Part shown: positions 13,226 to 27,989 of the stretch, in pieces | Position numbering within the stretch: the stretch's first letter is position 1 | Layout: each line of letters opens with the position of its first letter | Assembly (NCBI GenBank): GCA_951406725.2 | Contig: OX597840.1 | Location: 5,766,001-5,830,000 of the forward strand | From: Octopus vulgaris | Taxonomy: Eukaryota | Direction: 5' to 3' | Length of the DNA stretch: 64,000 nt | Position numbers and translations under genes: made by a program | The notes under the pieces: generated by a model | Told to the model about the DNA's origin: nothing | Seen by the model: the letters and a program-made list of their open reading frames with translations, nothing else | Database searches by the model: none

Positions 13226-13309
13226 TGTATATATATAATGTACTCATGTTTTTTGCTTCGGCTTTTTCCATGGGCGCATGTAAGTATCTTATTTATATCC
13301 TTTCATAAG

Positions 13310-13369
13310 TTCTACTGAGGAGGAATGAGTCTTTTATGAGATTAATTCCGAAATTGATTCAATATAGAA
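13310..13369 (+). ncRNA. Diverged hammerhead motif (same family as 47708/48206)
   Basis: CTGAGGA ggaat gagtctt ttat gagatt a attcc GAAA ttga TTC; flanks (ttccatggg...taagta...ttattt; aaattatatg...gcatat.tggc...gccctta) align with the 47.7-kb monomer. Confidence 0.6.
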
Positions 13370-13741
13370 ATAACGAATTTAAAAAAGAATTCTAACGGCC
13401 AGCTTGCCCGACTTCAGTTCTTCGTTTTTTTCTGTAGCAAGTAAATTATATGTGGAAATTGACGATTTATTAGTCTGTTATCAGCATATTGGCTTTGAAA
13501 TAATTTTCTTTAGCCCTTACTTATAAGTTATGTATGTATATATATATATATATATATATATCATCATCATCATCATCATCATCATTTAGCGTCCGCTTTC
13601 CATGCTAGCATGGGTTGGACGGTTCAACTGGGGTCTGTGAAGCCAGAAGGCTGCATCAGGCCCAGTCTGATCTGGCAGTGTTTCTACTGAAACGTGTAAA
13701 TATCGGAAAGATATATATATACATACATATAATATAATATA

Positions 13742-13786
<45 letters not shown>

Positions 13787-13788
13787 TA

Positions 13789-14308
13789 TTAGAAATATTA
13801 AAATTACTAAGTCTCTCTAAAAGAGATTACGGCAGTGTTATTGGAAATTAATTGTTATCGCCATATTAATATGGCAATCTTATAGATATAAGACTAAAAG
13901 CTGTCGCTGATTAGCTCCGTGAGGCCACCGCCTCTAGCTAGCTATTTGACACACAACCTGCGTCCATTATAAACTTCGAACAAGGGAGGTTAGCCGCTTC
14001 ATCCTGCCAGTCAGACAGCTACAGACGCGTTTCAGGGTATTTGCCCCTTGTCAATGTAGCGTAGTCGACCCAGCAGGTGTCGCCACTGATCGTCTCTGTT
14101 CGAAGGTTCTATTTACCTATTTTCGGTGGAATACATCCACTTGTTTTCAATAATAGAAATATTAAAATTACTAAGTCTCTCTAAAGGAGATTACGGCAGC
14201 GTTACTGGAAATTAATTGTTATCGCCATATTAATATGGCAATCTTATGGAGCTTTTAGTCTTATATCTATAAGATTGCCATATTAATATGGCGATAACAA
14301 TTAATTTA
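13789..14308 (-). mobile_element. Penelope-like/retrozyme element: 365-bp monomer, ~95-bp direct repeat, inverted end
   Basis: 13789-13885 repeats at 14154-14247; 14250-14307 is the reverse complement of ~13846-13902; HHR inside; (TA)n flanks. Confidence 0.7.
14018..14060 (-). ncRNA. Minimal type-I hammerhead ribozyme, U3-A8 core variant
   Basis: Minus: gctaca TTGACAA ggggcaaataccct GAAA cgc GTC tgtagc; perfect 6-bp helix I and palindromic ACGCGT helix III. Confidence 0.8.
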
Positions 14309-14341
14309 CATATATATTATTTATATTATATTATATGTATG

Positions 14342-14372
<31 letters not shown>

Positions 14373-14389
14373 CTTTCCGACGTTTACAC

Positions 14390-14735
14390 GTTTCAGTCAT
14401 TTTGACTGTGGCCATGCTGGAGCATCGCCTTAAAGGGTTTTAGTCGAAGAAATCGATCCCAGGACTTATTCTTTCTAAGCTTAGTACTTATTCTATCGAT
14501 CTCTTCGCCGAACCGCTAGTTTAAGAGGAGATAAATACGCCAACACCGGTTGTCAAGCGGTGGTGGGGATGGGGGACAAACACACACACACACAAATATA
14601 TACTTCGTGCTTCTTTCAGTTTCCGCCTACCAAATCCACTCACATGGTTTGGTCGGGCCAAGACTATAGTAGAAGACACAGTGTCCAAGGACCCACGCAG
14701 TGGGACTGAACCTGCAACCATGTAGTTGGGAGGTA
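14390..14735 (-). mobile_element. SINE A (diverged)
   Basis: Family motifs present. Confidence 0.75.
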
Positions 14736-14739
14736 AGCT

Positions 14740-14783
<44 letters not shown>

Positions 14784-14890
14784 GAAATATATAAAATTAT
14801 ACATTGATAAAACTTAATATATTATCATATGCATCAGGTATGAGTGCATGTGTGTGTGTGTGTGTGCGCGTGTGTGTGTGTGTGTGCGTA

Positions 14891-15146
14891 CAGGGTGCGG
14901 TGAATAAGTTATCGTATAACTTACGCAAAGTGGAAAATAACACTATATATCTTTATAACAGATAGATATTTACCAAAATTACGTAAAAATATCTTGAAAT
15001 ATTAAAGAGTAAATTTATTCAATAAAATCGCCAGTGGCTTTCAACCACGGCCTCCAGGCAACTTCGGAATCTCCTGCAACTCTTCTGGACGGTCTCCTTG
15101 TTTAAGTTGGTGAATGCTGCCATAATCCTTGCCTTCAGTTCATCCT
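14891..15146 (-). mobile_element. Tc1/mariner (maT-like) transposon 3' end
   Basis: TA-CAGGGTG terminus; minus strand DELKARIMAAFTNLNKETVQKSCRRFRSCLEAVVE. Confidence 0.6.
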
Positions 15147-15313
15147 ATGTATGTATGTATGTAGGTATAAAGTGTATCATGTATATGCGATTGTATGTAC
15201 ATATGTATGATTGAATGCATATATTTATGTTCATGCTTACCAATATACAAATAGTCACAAATATATATATAGGTATCTATCTATATACATATATATATAG
15301 AGAGAGAAATATA

Positions 15314-15685
15314 TCTTTATATATAAAACTGTAGTTGTGTGAGTGTCTGTCCCCTTCGATTTAGATTCCTAACTACTCCCACATTTTGCGGTGCAGTTTA
15401 ACCAAAACCGGGTATCTTATAGTCGTGATTCATATCGAGCCCTTCTGGGTATTAGCGCGTGTCTACGATGAGTCTACGATTTTAAAAATAATTTACCATC
15501 ATTTTTTTCCATTTTAAGGCATATTTTTTTAAAGGGAAGTAACACTCTAAAAATGTCTACGATTTAAAAAAAAATTTACCATCATATTTTTTCCATTTTT
15601 AATGCATTTTTTGGCTATAACTCTCTAAAAATGCTTTATAGTTATTTCCCTTACAAACCCGAGCAACACCGGGCGATACTGCTAG
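15314..15685 (+). mobile_element. Non-autonomous Helitron
   Basis: Starts TCTTTATATATAAAA after A; ends with hairpin CCCGAGCAACACCGGG and CTAG followed by T (A|T target, no TSD). Confidence 0.75.
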
Positions 15686-16229
15686 TATATATATATATAT
15701 CTGCTACTGTCTTTCTGACTTTCTTGAAGTGTGGACGGCATTTTCTGTTGCTCCTTCGACGTTCTCAAAAATAGGGCTCGTAACACCTTATCTCCTTGGG
15801 CTTAATAGCCCTTCTTGTCTTATTCTCCTTGTCCTGTCTTTTACTGTTTATATTTTGTACTGTCGTTACTGTCCTGTTTTTGTTACCATTTTTACCCCTC
15901 CATAAAAAAGATCTCAAATTTTATTTAATTTGCTTTTCGAGGGAAGGAAAGTTTCTATCGAAGATGCGTATCACCTTCACCTTCGAAACGCAGAGTAGAT
16001 GAAACCATGGCGACTGAAGAAGGGGGGTTTCATTGTGTTAATTGTCCAGTACTCTATTTTTTTTTTTGTTTAAGAAAAATGTCCAGTTCCTTGGTTTTGT
16101 GTTTATGTTTTCGTTTCTCATTGTATTCGACGTTTTTTTGGTGTCCTGTACTCATATATACATGTATATATACATGTAGAGGTAGGTACGTACATATATG
16201 TATGTATATATGCATATGTTTTATTTATT

Positions 16230-16270
<41 letters not shown>

Positions 16271-16775
16271 GTATATATATTATATATATATAAATTTCTA
16301 GCGAAGTGAATTGCATCATGGTGCTGTTTTTCTCACAGACTGTGCCCAACTGACCCTACTATACTGTGTAGTCGACAAAATCAAAAACAAACAATGCGCA
16401 TGCCTAAAATTAAAAACATAAAATGGCGACAATTTACCCATCGTAGCCTGTGTATATATGTTTGTGTGTGTGTTTGTATATGCTTATATATACATATGTA
16501 TGTATGTATATATGTATGTATACATATATATCTATATACATAGATGGTAAATGTTTTTCATTTCCAAATTTATTCCTGTTGAATTTTATCCGTTATTTTT
16601 CTGGTTTACAGAACCTAGCTGTTCTTTCTAATGTGTTGAATTTCACGTAAAGTGGATTCCTTATGTGTATAAATATACACTATATCGTATGACTATATAC
16701 ATATATATATTTTTCTCTCTATATATATATATGTATATAGATAGATACCTATATATATATATATATATATACATA

Positions 16776-18370
16776 CAGTTGCGGCCAAAATGTTCAGAAC
16801 GGCATTGTTTTCGTCAGAAAAGTAAGTATAAGTTTTTATCAAAGTAGTTTTATATTCTATAATTTTCACAGACAATAAATACAACATTAATTGTTATTGT
16901 CTGAGATTTTGGTGTAATTTGAGAGGATAGTACAAAAGTTATGGATGATTTAGTGATTTACTGCAAATCCCATGGCGGCCAAAATGATCAGAACGGTTGA
17001 AAAAATAACAAAATGACAGAGAATACTGGAATTATTTAATATTTAGTGTGAAGCCCTTTAGCTTCAATCACACTCTGACATCTTCGACTGCACGAGGAAA
17101 TTAAATTTTCAATTTCTTGCTGGGTGATCTTATTCCATTCATCCTGAAGGGCATTCCATAATTGCTCGGTTGTTTTAGGATTTCTGGCTTTCGAACGTTC
17201 TCCTAGAATATTCAATACATTTTCAATAGGATTGAGATCTGGGCTTTGAGCAGGCCAATCCATAACAATAACCTTTTCAGCCTTGAGGAAGTTCATGACC
17301 ACCTTAGCCTTGTGACATGGGGCATTGTCCTGCATGAATATGGGTGGTCGCTTAGTTGAATTTCTCAGCACAGGCAAGACATGATCTTTTACAAGTTGTT
17401 TATAAACTCCTGCATTTACCTTTCCATGTAATCGCACCATACGGCCCACACCATCTCCAGATATCATCCCCTAAGCTATGACACTTCCTCCACCGAATTT
17501 AACACTAGTCTTAAGGCACTTAGGCAACAATTTTTCACCTACTTTTCTACGAACGTACCTTTTCCCATCTGAGCCAAATAACATAAACTTAGATTCATCA
17601 CTGAAATGCGCCGTTTGCCATTTTTCTTGAGACCACAACACATGTTCGGTTGCAAAGGTAAGACGACACTTTTTATTCTTGGAGCTGATCAGTGGCTTCA
17701 CTGCAGGTGCTCTTGCTTGTAGGTCATGTTCAACTAAATGACGAGACACAGTTTTTCAAGATAAAGTTTTATTCAATACAATGCTCATTTTCCGAGAAAC
17801 AGCAACTTTAACCAATTTTACCATAGAACGATCTTCTCTCTTGGTCGTTTTTCTTGGCCTACCTGTAAACTTCCTTGCTTCACACGAACCACAATCATCG
17901 TAGACCTTAAGAATACCGTGTACAACACTTTTTGGCTTGTTAACAATCTTTGCAATAGATCCAATACTTAAATTATCCTTCCTTCGAAGCTTAATAATCT
18001 GCTGACGAATTGGTAACGGAGTAAGTGGCATTATATTAACAAAGTACACTGCAAATATTCTTACTAATGTTTAGTAAACGAACCGCCACGTAAACAAATT
18101 CAAAACATTAGAGTTCGTCGGTTAAATATACTAAAACACGGAGTAAAAGCAACCGTTCTGATCATTTTGGCCGCCACGGGTTTTGCAGTAAATCACTAAA
18201 TTATCTATAACTTTTGTATTATCCTCTCAAATTACACCAAAATCTCAGGCAATAACAAATAATATCGTATTTATTGTCTGTGAAAATTATAGAATATAAA
18301 ACCACTTTGATAAAAAGTTATATCTACTTTTCTGACGAAAACAATGCCGTTCTGAACATTTTGGCCGCCA

Positions 18371-18373
<3 letters not shown>
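16776..18373 (-). mobile_element. Tc1-family DD34E transposon, IR/DR type, ~1.6 kb
   Basis: TA-CAGT...ACTG-TA ends; ~220-bp TIRs, each with outer and inner GCGGCCAAAATG(T/A)TCAGAACGG repeats. Confidence 0.95.
17036..18031 (-). pseudogene. Tc1 transposase pseudogene
   Basis: HTH N-terminus with GRPR, FSDESKF, FMQDNAPCH-x-SPDLNPIE (34 residues between D and E); broken by a frameshift near 17756 and a stop at 17471. Confidence 0.92.
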
Positions 18374-18410
<37 letters not shown>

Positions 18411-18629
18411 GAATATTTGTATATTGAACATAGATATTTGCATTCAATCATACATGATGCATTTTATACCTACATACATACATACATACACACGGACAAA
18501 CACTCACAATACACACGTACTCTTATGCATATACACACATGAACGCACGCACTCACACGCACGCACACACACACACACACGCAGAGTCAAGGTTACATAT
18601 TCCCAGCAGCTAACCTTAAGTACAACATC

Positions 18630-18744
18630 CACCCGAGTTATTTACTATCGAACACCCCGGGTGTCTCCGGGTACAACTCACATAGCAAACAAGTCCGGTT
18701 GAAAACCGAGCCGATGTGTTTATAGTGAACCATAACACCGGGTG
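18630..18744. repeat. Small imperfect inverted-repeat element (MITE-like)
   Basis: CACCCGAGTTATTTACTATCGAACAC at the left is a near reverse complement of GTGTTTATAGTGAACCATAACACCGGGTG at the right. Confidence 0.45.
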
Positions 18745-18888
18745 TATATATATATACATATATATATATATACACACACATATATATATGTATATATATG
18801 TATATATACACATATATATATATATATATATATGTATGTATATATATATATATATACATACATACATATATATACATATATATATGTG

Positions 18889-18922
<34 letters not shown>

Positions 18923-19154
18923 CATACATATATATATACATATACATATATACACACAAACACATATATATACGAGTGAACGTGTGTGTTTTTATGTATA
19001 TATGTATATGCATGTATGTTCGTATGTATGTATGTATATATGTATGTATGTATGCGTGTATATATGTATGTATGCGTGTATATATGTATCTGTGTAAGGG
19101 TGGTTGTACATTGAAATATGTATGTATTTATGTACGCGTATATCTATATTTCTC

Positions 19155-19231
<77 letters not shown>

Positions 19232-19572
19232 CGAGCGAGAAAGAGAGAGATAGCTATACATACATAAAGACCGTGTTGGCCCGCGTAAGCGCACGTGCAG
19301 TTTGGCTTTTGATATTTTCAACTCAACAATAAACATGTAATGTCTTTATATTACAAATTATACGCACGCACATACACGCACTATACCACACGCAAACACA
19401 TATTTGTAGGCATGAATGTAGGTACGTGTGTGCGTGTGTGTGTGTAAATATATATATGCGTGTGTGTGTATATATATGTATATATATATATATATATAAG
19501 TGCATAATACACATATACAGACATACATATATACATATATAAATATATATTCATATATACATTCATACATAG

Positions 19573-19605
<33 letters not shown>

Positions 19606-19627
19606 TACATATACGTATATATCTATA

Positions 19628-19666
<39 letters not shown>

Positions 19667-20301
19667 TACATTACACATACACGCACACACATACACACAA
19701 ACATGTATGTATATGTATATATATACATATATGCATATAATACACGCACACATGCATAAAAATTGCTGTGGAAATGTAGAGAGAGAGAGAGGAAGAGAGA
19801 GAGGGAGAATGAGACATTTATTTTTCTATTTTTTTCTGTCAATTTAATTGTTTTTAAGTACAAAATCGGTTCCGTGCGGCTTTGATTGTCAATTGTGAAG
19901 TTTTCGCTTTGATCTCTTACCGCCGTTCTACGGGTAGGTCTGTCTGTCATTCTATCTGTCTGTCAGTCTGTCTCTCTCTGTGTATTTAACACTTGGCATT
20001 CGCGTGTGTACGCAAGTGCGCGCGTATGGCTATGTACGTATGTTAATGCAGTTTAATTTCTTTCTCTGGTTTGTATTTGCCTATCTTTAAGAAAATTTGC
20101 CGATGTAGATATTCGACGCTAGCACAGCCTCCCCACCCACTGCCAGACAGATACATATACACATAGAACTATGTATGCATATATATACCCGTGTACGTGT
20201 TGGTATATATTGTGTATATATCTGTCTGTCAGTCTGTATGTATGCATATATATATATATATATATATTGATATGCGTATATAAATATGCGCGTGAATATA
20301 C

Positions 20302-20342
<41 letters not shown>

Positions 20343-20411
20343 GCGGTGCTCCAGCATGGCCAGTCAAATGACTGAAACAAGTAAAAGAGTATATATATAT
20401 ATATATATATA

Positions 20412-20784
20412 TACTCTTTTACTTGTTTCAGTCATTTGACTGCGGCCATGCTGGAGTACCGTCTTTTAATCGAACAAATAGACCACAGGACTTATTCTTT
20501 GTAAGTCTAGTACTTACTCTATCGGTCTGTTTTGCCGAACCGCTAAGTGACGGGGACGTAAGCACACCAGTATCGGTTGTCAAGCAATGCTAGGGGGACA
20601 AAAACACACGCATACACACATACATATATACCACGGGCTTCTTTCAGTTTCCGTCTACCAAATCCACCGACAAGGCTTTAGTCGGCCCGAGGCTATAGTA
20701 GAAGACACTTGCCCAAGGTGCCACGCAGTGGGATGAACCCGGAACCATGTGGTTGGTAAGCAAGCTACTTACCACACAGCCACT

Positions 20785-20849
<65 letters not shown>

Positions 20850-21009
20850 CGTAGGAGTAGCTGTGTGGTAAGTAGTTTGCTTACCAACCACATGGTTCCG
20901 GGTTCAGTCCTACAGCATGGCACCTTGGCCAAGAGTCTTCTATTATAGTCCCGGGACGACCAAAGTCTTGTGAGTGGATTTGGTAGACGGAAACTGAAAG
21001 AAGAATGTC

Positions 21010-21068
<59 letters not shown>

Positions 21069-21306
21069 GTGTGTGTGTGTGTGTATGTTGTGTGTGTGTG
21101 TGTGTGTGTGTGTGCGCGTTTGTGTGTCCATGTTTGTCCCCACATCATCGCTTGACAACCGATGCTGGTGTGTTTACGTTCCCGGCAGAAGGGACCGATA
21201 GAATAAGTATTAGGCTTATAAAGACTAAGTTCTGGGGTCGATGTGTTCGACTAAAGGCGTTACTCCAGCATGGCCGCAGTCAAATGAATGAAACAAATAA
21301 AGGAAT
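20412..21306. mobile_element. Two head-to-head SINE A copies (20412-20786 -, 20848-21306 +) separated by (TA)n
   Basis: Family motifs on opposite strands. Confidence 0.8.
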
Positions 21307-21592
21307 AAAAAATATATATACAAATATTATACGTTAGTAAATGAATGTATACATATATATATACACACATTAACATATCTATGCAAATACATGTGTTTAG
21401 ATATTACAGGTATTATACACACGGACATAGACATAGAAACACACATACACACACATTTACAAATACATACACAAAATATCCAGTTGTTTATAATTGTATA
21501 TGTGTGTGTGTGTGTGTGTGTTGAGTGCTTATAAAGCTATTCTTACCACATATTTGTCACACACACACATATGTATATATGTATATATACAT

Positions 21593-21651
<59 letters not shown>

Positions 21652-21978
21652 TGTGTATATATATATATATGTATGTATGTGCGTGTTGATCTATGCACGT
21701 ACGCAGTACACACGTACACACAAACACAATCACACTTCAAAATCCCTAATAAAAAATCATCGATATAATACATCTTTATAACAAAAAAATCTTAATTAAT
21801 TTTCTGTAACTATATAGGTGCGTGTGTGAGTGTGAGTGTGTGTGAGTGTGCGTATGTGCGTATGTGTGTGTGTAAACGTGTGTGTATGTGTATATACATA
21901 CATATACACTCATGTGTGTGTATATATATATATATATTTACATATACATACATATGCACATATATTTATATACATATA

Positions 21979-22117
<139 letters not shown>

Positions 22118-22834
22118 CACACACACATACACTCGTGTATATGTGTACACACATCAACTTTGTTTCCTCATGTCATCGCTTCTGTGTGTGTGTGTGTGTG
22201 TGTGTTTTCTTTATCTTCTTCCTTCATTCTTTGTAAATTCTTTCCTCTTCGCCTTCCTTCCTTCCTTCCTTCCTTTCTTCTCTCCTTTCTTTGCATCATC
22301 TTATTTGTTTATTTATCTATTTATCTATTTATTTATTTGCTTTTTATACACCACTATCAACTGCACCACCACCGCCACCACCACCACCACCACCACCACC
22401 ATCGCCACCACCACCAACAACAACAACATTTCACCCCCCACCCACCACACACACTATTCCTGTCATAACTCACTCTGCATACTCGACAATCAACACACAC
22501 ACACACACACATACATACCCACACACACACGCGCGCACGCATACGCACGCGCACGCTGACAAGAGATCAAAGACAAGATGAAAGGATGCCGACAGCATTA
22601 AAACAACAACTCTCCCCATTACTCTTGCTACCACCGCTACTTTCTTCTCGCTCTTTCTTTATTTCTTTCAATTTTTTTTTTGCAGACGATGTGCAAAATA
22701 AAGGAATGTATATATATGCATATATGTGTGTATAAAGCTTGAGTGTGTGTTGTGTAATATTATGCATATATATATATATATATACATGCACACGCACACA
22801 TATATGCATACAAATTTGCATGCATACATACATG

Positions 22835-22915
<81 letters not shown>

Positions 22916-23364
22916 TCATATATATATATAATGTGTGTGTGTGTAAAGTATATATACATAAACATATATGTACGTGAGTGTATATATATGTATGTTAATT
23001 TTTTCCTTTCTGTTAGTTGAATATTACACTCAGTGTTATTTGCATTTCTTTACAAAGTTTATAATGATATATATATATATGTGTGTGTGTGTGTATGTAT
23101 GTATAGATGTATATAAAAATATATTTATAATTTTTATATATGTAATATATTCTGTAATTTATCCATATTACATAACCTCTTTATATACACACATACTTAC
23201 ATATATACATACGTATACATACATAAATACATAGACACATATATAAGAATATACGTATGTTTAAATATATATGCACATAGTATATACTGTTTATATGTTA
23301 TATAATGTACATAGCATATATCACATATATTACATATATGCTATAAATATATATATAAAGCTTG

Positions 23365-23431
<67 letters not shown>

Positions 23432-23598
23432 CTTCTTTTTGCCTATGTAAATTACGAGTATTACTGTCTGTGGAGATATATTGTAGTAGAAGAGTTAGTT
23501 TGACTGCTATTTCTAAATTTCGGTATGTGGTGAAGTAAAATTTGCTGATCCCTCAATTATATTTCTATATAAATCTTGTATGTATATAATACATATAT

Positions 23599-24015
23599 GG
23601 CGCAGGAGTGGCTGTGTGGTAAGTACCTTGCTAACTATCCACATGGTTCCGGGTTCAGTTCCACTGCATGGCATCTTGGGCAAGTGTCTTCTGCTATAGC
23701 CCCGGGCCGACCAATGCCATGTGAGTGGATTTGGTAGACGGAAACTGAAAGATGCCTGTCGTATATATGTATATATATATATATGCATGTGTGTGTGTGT
23801 CTGTGTGTGTGTGTGTCTGTGTTTGTCCCCCTAGCATTGCTTGACAACCGATGATGGTGTTTACGTCCCCGTCACTTAGCTGTTCGGCAAAAGAGACCGA
23901 TAGAATAGGTACTAGACTTACAAAGAATAAGTCCTGGGGTCGAGTTGCTAGACCAAAGGCGGTGCTCCAGCATGGTCGCAGTCAAATTACTGAAACAAGT
24001 AAAAGAGTAAAAGAG
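23599..24015 (+). mobile_element. SINE A
   Basis: Full-length match. Confidence 0.85.
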
Positions 24016-24711
24016 TATATGTATACATTCTATTTGTATATTTATGTAATATTGTATATTATATATGATGCACACATTCGCAAAATATGTTCACAAAACA
24101 AAGCATGCTGCTGCCTTTTCAATGCCTTTTTCCATCTCCTAGACTCCTTCTCCTTTATTTTCTCTACGTACATCACTAATTATCAGTGCTGACAACGAGT
24201 ATGTCTGTGTCGTCCAGCACCCCTTTAAACTCTGTATCATATTTCTCCTTACTTTCAGAACGCTACCCCTCTCACAATTCCCATACCACTGAACCTTCCA
24301 CATTAGGGTCTCTTTCTATAGCACCTTCCCCAACCTTATATATAAGCTCCCGTGTGGTTTCCCTCAATGATTCGATCTACGTCGTGTAAATTGCTTGCCA
24401 ACTGCCTCACAAGTTGGCAGAGCACGTTAGACACATCCACGGTTCAGCTGTCTCTCGACGCTTTGCTCCGCTGACCACTGAACCATACAACCCCCTGATT
24501 GCGGCGTGGCTTCCTAAACAAGATCTCCCACTACTCGCTTCCAACTGGAACAAGAGCACATCGTCTGTCTAAAAACTTACACGACTTATGGTTTAAAATT
24601 ATCTGTTGATGTTTATTTTCTGATGTTTATTTCTCTCCACCTGTTCCAGAATTACATATTTTATTCGTCTATCTACTCACTTCCCTTTTTCTCTTCCTCC
24701 GCAGCCATGGA

Positions 24712-25090
24712 TGGAAGCACTCCGTCGGTTACGACGACGAGGGTTCCGGTTGATCCGAATCAACGGAACAGCCTGCTCGTGAAATTAACGTGTAAGTGGC
24801 TGAGCACTCCACAGACACGTGTACCCTTAACGTAGTTCTCAGGGATATTCAGCGTGACACAGAGTGACAAGGCCGGCCCTTTGAAATACAAGGTACAACA
24901 GAAACAGAAAGTAAGAGTGAGAGAAAGTTGTGGTGAAAGAGTACAGCAGGGATCACCACCATCCCTGCCGGAGCCTCGTGGAGCTTTTAGGTGTTTTCGC
25001 TCAATAAACACTCACAACGTCCGGTCTGGGAATCGAAACCGTGATCCTACGACCGCGAGTCCGCTGCCCTAACCACTGGGCCATTGCGCC
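24712..25090 (-). mobile_element. SINE C full length
   Basis: Reverse complement of 56959-57341. Confidence 0.85.
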
Positions 25091-25999
25091 ATACCTGAAC
25101 CTCCACTCAACCCATCCATACTATCTTCTTCTTTCTACTATCCACACTTTAAGTCTCCCCGCGCCACATTTACAAGCGCCCTCCAGCGAAAAAAAAAAGC
25201 ATCCGCGAGTTCAGTCACATGATAGGTGAATCTAGATTTCGGTTCTTTCTTGAACTTTTCGTTTGTGTTCTCGCCGAAACCGATTGCATGATCCGTGTCT
25301 ATTTTATACAAGCCATACAGGCATCTCAATTTGTTGCATTACAAATCGAAGTCAAGTAACGATCCTATGTTAATCTAATCTTGGATATCTTTTGACTTTT
25401 ACCTTCTATTTCTTTCAGTCATTAAACTGCGGCTATGCTGGAGCACCGCCTTTGAAGAATTTTAATTTTAGTCGAATGAATCAACCTCAGTACTTACTCA
25501 GTACTTACGGGGACGTAAACACACGAACAACGGTTGTCAAGCAAATGTGGGAGACAAGCATAGAAATGACGACACACACACAATACACACACACATACAC
25601 ATATGCACACACGTATATACGAGGGACTTCTTTTAGTTTCCGTCTGCCAAATATAGTCACAATGTTTTGGTAGTCCCGAGGCTATAGTAGAAGACACTCT
25701 CCCAAGGTGCCACACAGAGATACTGAATCCGGAACCATGGAGTTGAGAAACAAGCTTTTTATCATACAACCAAGCATGGCCACAGTCAAATGACTGAAAC
25801 AAATCAAAGAATTAAAGGAAAGACCTATATTTAAACCAAATTGTAATCGACTCTTATCACACAATAATGATTTCGAATTTTGACACAAGGCCAGGAATTT
25901 CAATTCTGCACTTTCTTGTTGAACGGTCTGAACAAATGATTTGTTTATACCAAGGGTTCTCAATCGGGTATGAAATGTGAATTACTGCCTTGTATAGCG

Positions 26000-26289
26000 T
26001 GTAGTAGTAGTGGTGGTGGTGGTGGTGGTAGTAGTAGTAGTAGCAGCAGCAGTAGTAGCTGTAGCAACAGTATTATTATTATTATTATTAGTAGTAGTAG
26101 TGGTGGTAGTAGTAGCAGCAGCAACAGTATTATTATTATTATTAGTAGTAGTAGTTGTAGTAATAGTAGCAGTAGTAGTAGTAGTAGCTGTAGCAACAGT
26201 ATTATTATTATTATTATTATTAGTAGTAGTAGTAGTAGTAGTAGTGGTAGTAGTAGCAGCAGCAGCAACAGTATTATTATTATTATTAT

Positions 26290-26324
<35 letters not shown>

Positions 26325-26325
26325 T
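26000..26325 (+). repeat. Compound minisatellite (AGT)n-(AGC)-AACAGT-(ATT)n, 4 units
   Basis: GCAACAGTATTATT junction repeated four times. Confidence 0.9.
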
Positions 26326-26792
26326 TTTCTTTTACTCGATTCAGTCATTGGATTGCGACCACGCTGTTGTATCGTCTTAAAGGGGTCCTAGTCGAACAAA
26401 TCGACTGCAGTACTTAATTTTCTTTCTTTTTTTAAGTCTAGAACTTATTTTCTCGGTCTCTTCTTTTGAAACCGCTTTTGTCTTCGTATAAAAGATGGGC
26501 TACATCAAATATTCTGCCCAAGAGCACAGAAGTAGTGGGGGGGGGGGTGTTTCGTAGCCATGTTTTGAGAGGAATTCTTTGGGGTTTAAATAATTCACAT
26601 CTGGAAACATGGGTGTTTCGTTCATCATCCTTAAACAACCCTTATTCAGGGACCTTTTGAGATGTATGGGTTACTCGACCTGAAGAAAATTCTAACTGGG
26701 ACACCATCTTTGGGGGGATCCATATGGCCCTGTATGGCCCATATAAGATTTTGTTGCTACTACTACTACTACTACTACTACTACTAATACTT

Positions 26793-26841
<49 letters not shown>

Positions 26842-26880
26842 AACACGCTATGCAAGGCAGTAATTCACATAGTTTTTGGT

Positions 26881-27371
26881 CTTAACTGATTGGAAGTGTT
26901 ATCATGTACATTGTTTTGTCTTGGTATAAAAGATGGGCTACAGCAAATATTCTGCTCAATACCACAGATTTGCTTGTCAGTTGTTTGACCTTAACCAGTT
27001 GAGCATGTCCCTTAGTGGCTGTCGATATGTGCATCTCTGATCACGAGCAGAAGTAGTGGGGGAGCATCATAGCCATGTGTTGAGAGGGATTGTTTGGGGT
27101 TTGAATAATTCACCTCTGGAAACATGGGTGTTTCGTTCATCATCCTTAAACCACCCTTATTCAGAGACCATTTGAGCGGTATAGGCTACTCGACCTGAAG
27201 AAAATTCTAACTGGGCTCCACCTGCAAGGTTATGTGCTGTTTATTTCGATATGAAATCACCATGTCGCGCACACATGGTTGTGATGGATGAGCCTAATGC
27301 ATTCTTATCAAATGGGCTTCGTAAATGTGTAGCCCAACATAACTTTGAATGCATGCGCTGCTTTCTCACTC

Positions 27372-27375
<4 letters not shown>
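26881..27375 (+). mobile_element. (AAT)n-terminated retroposon tail family
   Basis: Matches 978-1475. Confidence 0.7.
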
Positions 27376-27448
<73 letters not shown>

Positions 27449-27543
27449 TAATAATAATGATAATGATAATAATAATAATAACAACAACAACAACATCGAA
27501 AAATACTTTAGGAATGAGAACCCAGGTTCGAAATTTCCCCCAA

Positions 27544-27589
27544 GACACCTGATGAAGGCTGGAGGGTATATCAGCCGAAACGTTGTGTT
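27544..27589 (+). ncRNA. Minimal type-I hammerhead ribozyme, canonical core
   Basis: gacac CTGATGA a ggctg gagggtatat cagcc GAAA c GTT gtgtt; palindromic AACGTT helix III. Confidence 0.8.
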
Positions 27590-27822
27590 AACAACAAACA
27601 AGATGAGGACAAATATCCGTCGAATGTAAATAATGTAAATAATGTACATAATTCCTCAACACTTAAATATAGAACTGCATTATCAACCCCAGCGTTTCAT
27701 TGGTACTTTATTTATCGATCCCGAAAGGAGGAAAGGCAAAGTCGACCTCGGCGGAATTCAAACTCAGAACGTAAAGACGGACGAAATGTCGCTAACGATT
27801 CTACCAGCTCGCCGGACGAATG

Positions 27823-27887
<65 letters not shown>

Positions 27888-27989
27888 AAGAAGAAGGAGG
27901 AGGAAGGAGAAGGAGAAGAAGAAGAAGAAGAAGAAGAAGAAGAAGAAGGAGGAGGAGGAGGAGGAGGAGGAGGAGGAGGAGAAGGTAAT

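Noticed and set aside
12605-16030. GAAA...GTA...CTGA(T/A)GAAGGG motifs at ~12610 and ~15985 as permuted (type II) hammerheads
   Set aside because: Helix I cannot be formed and helix II is weak.
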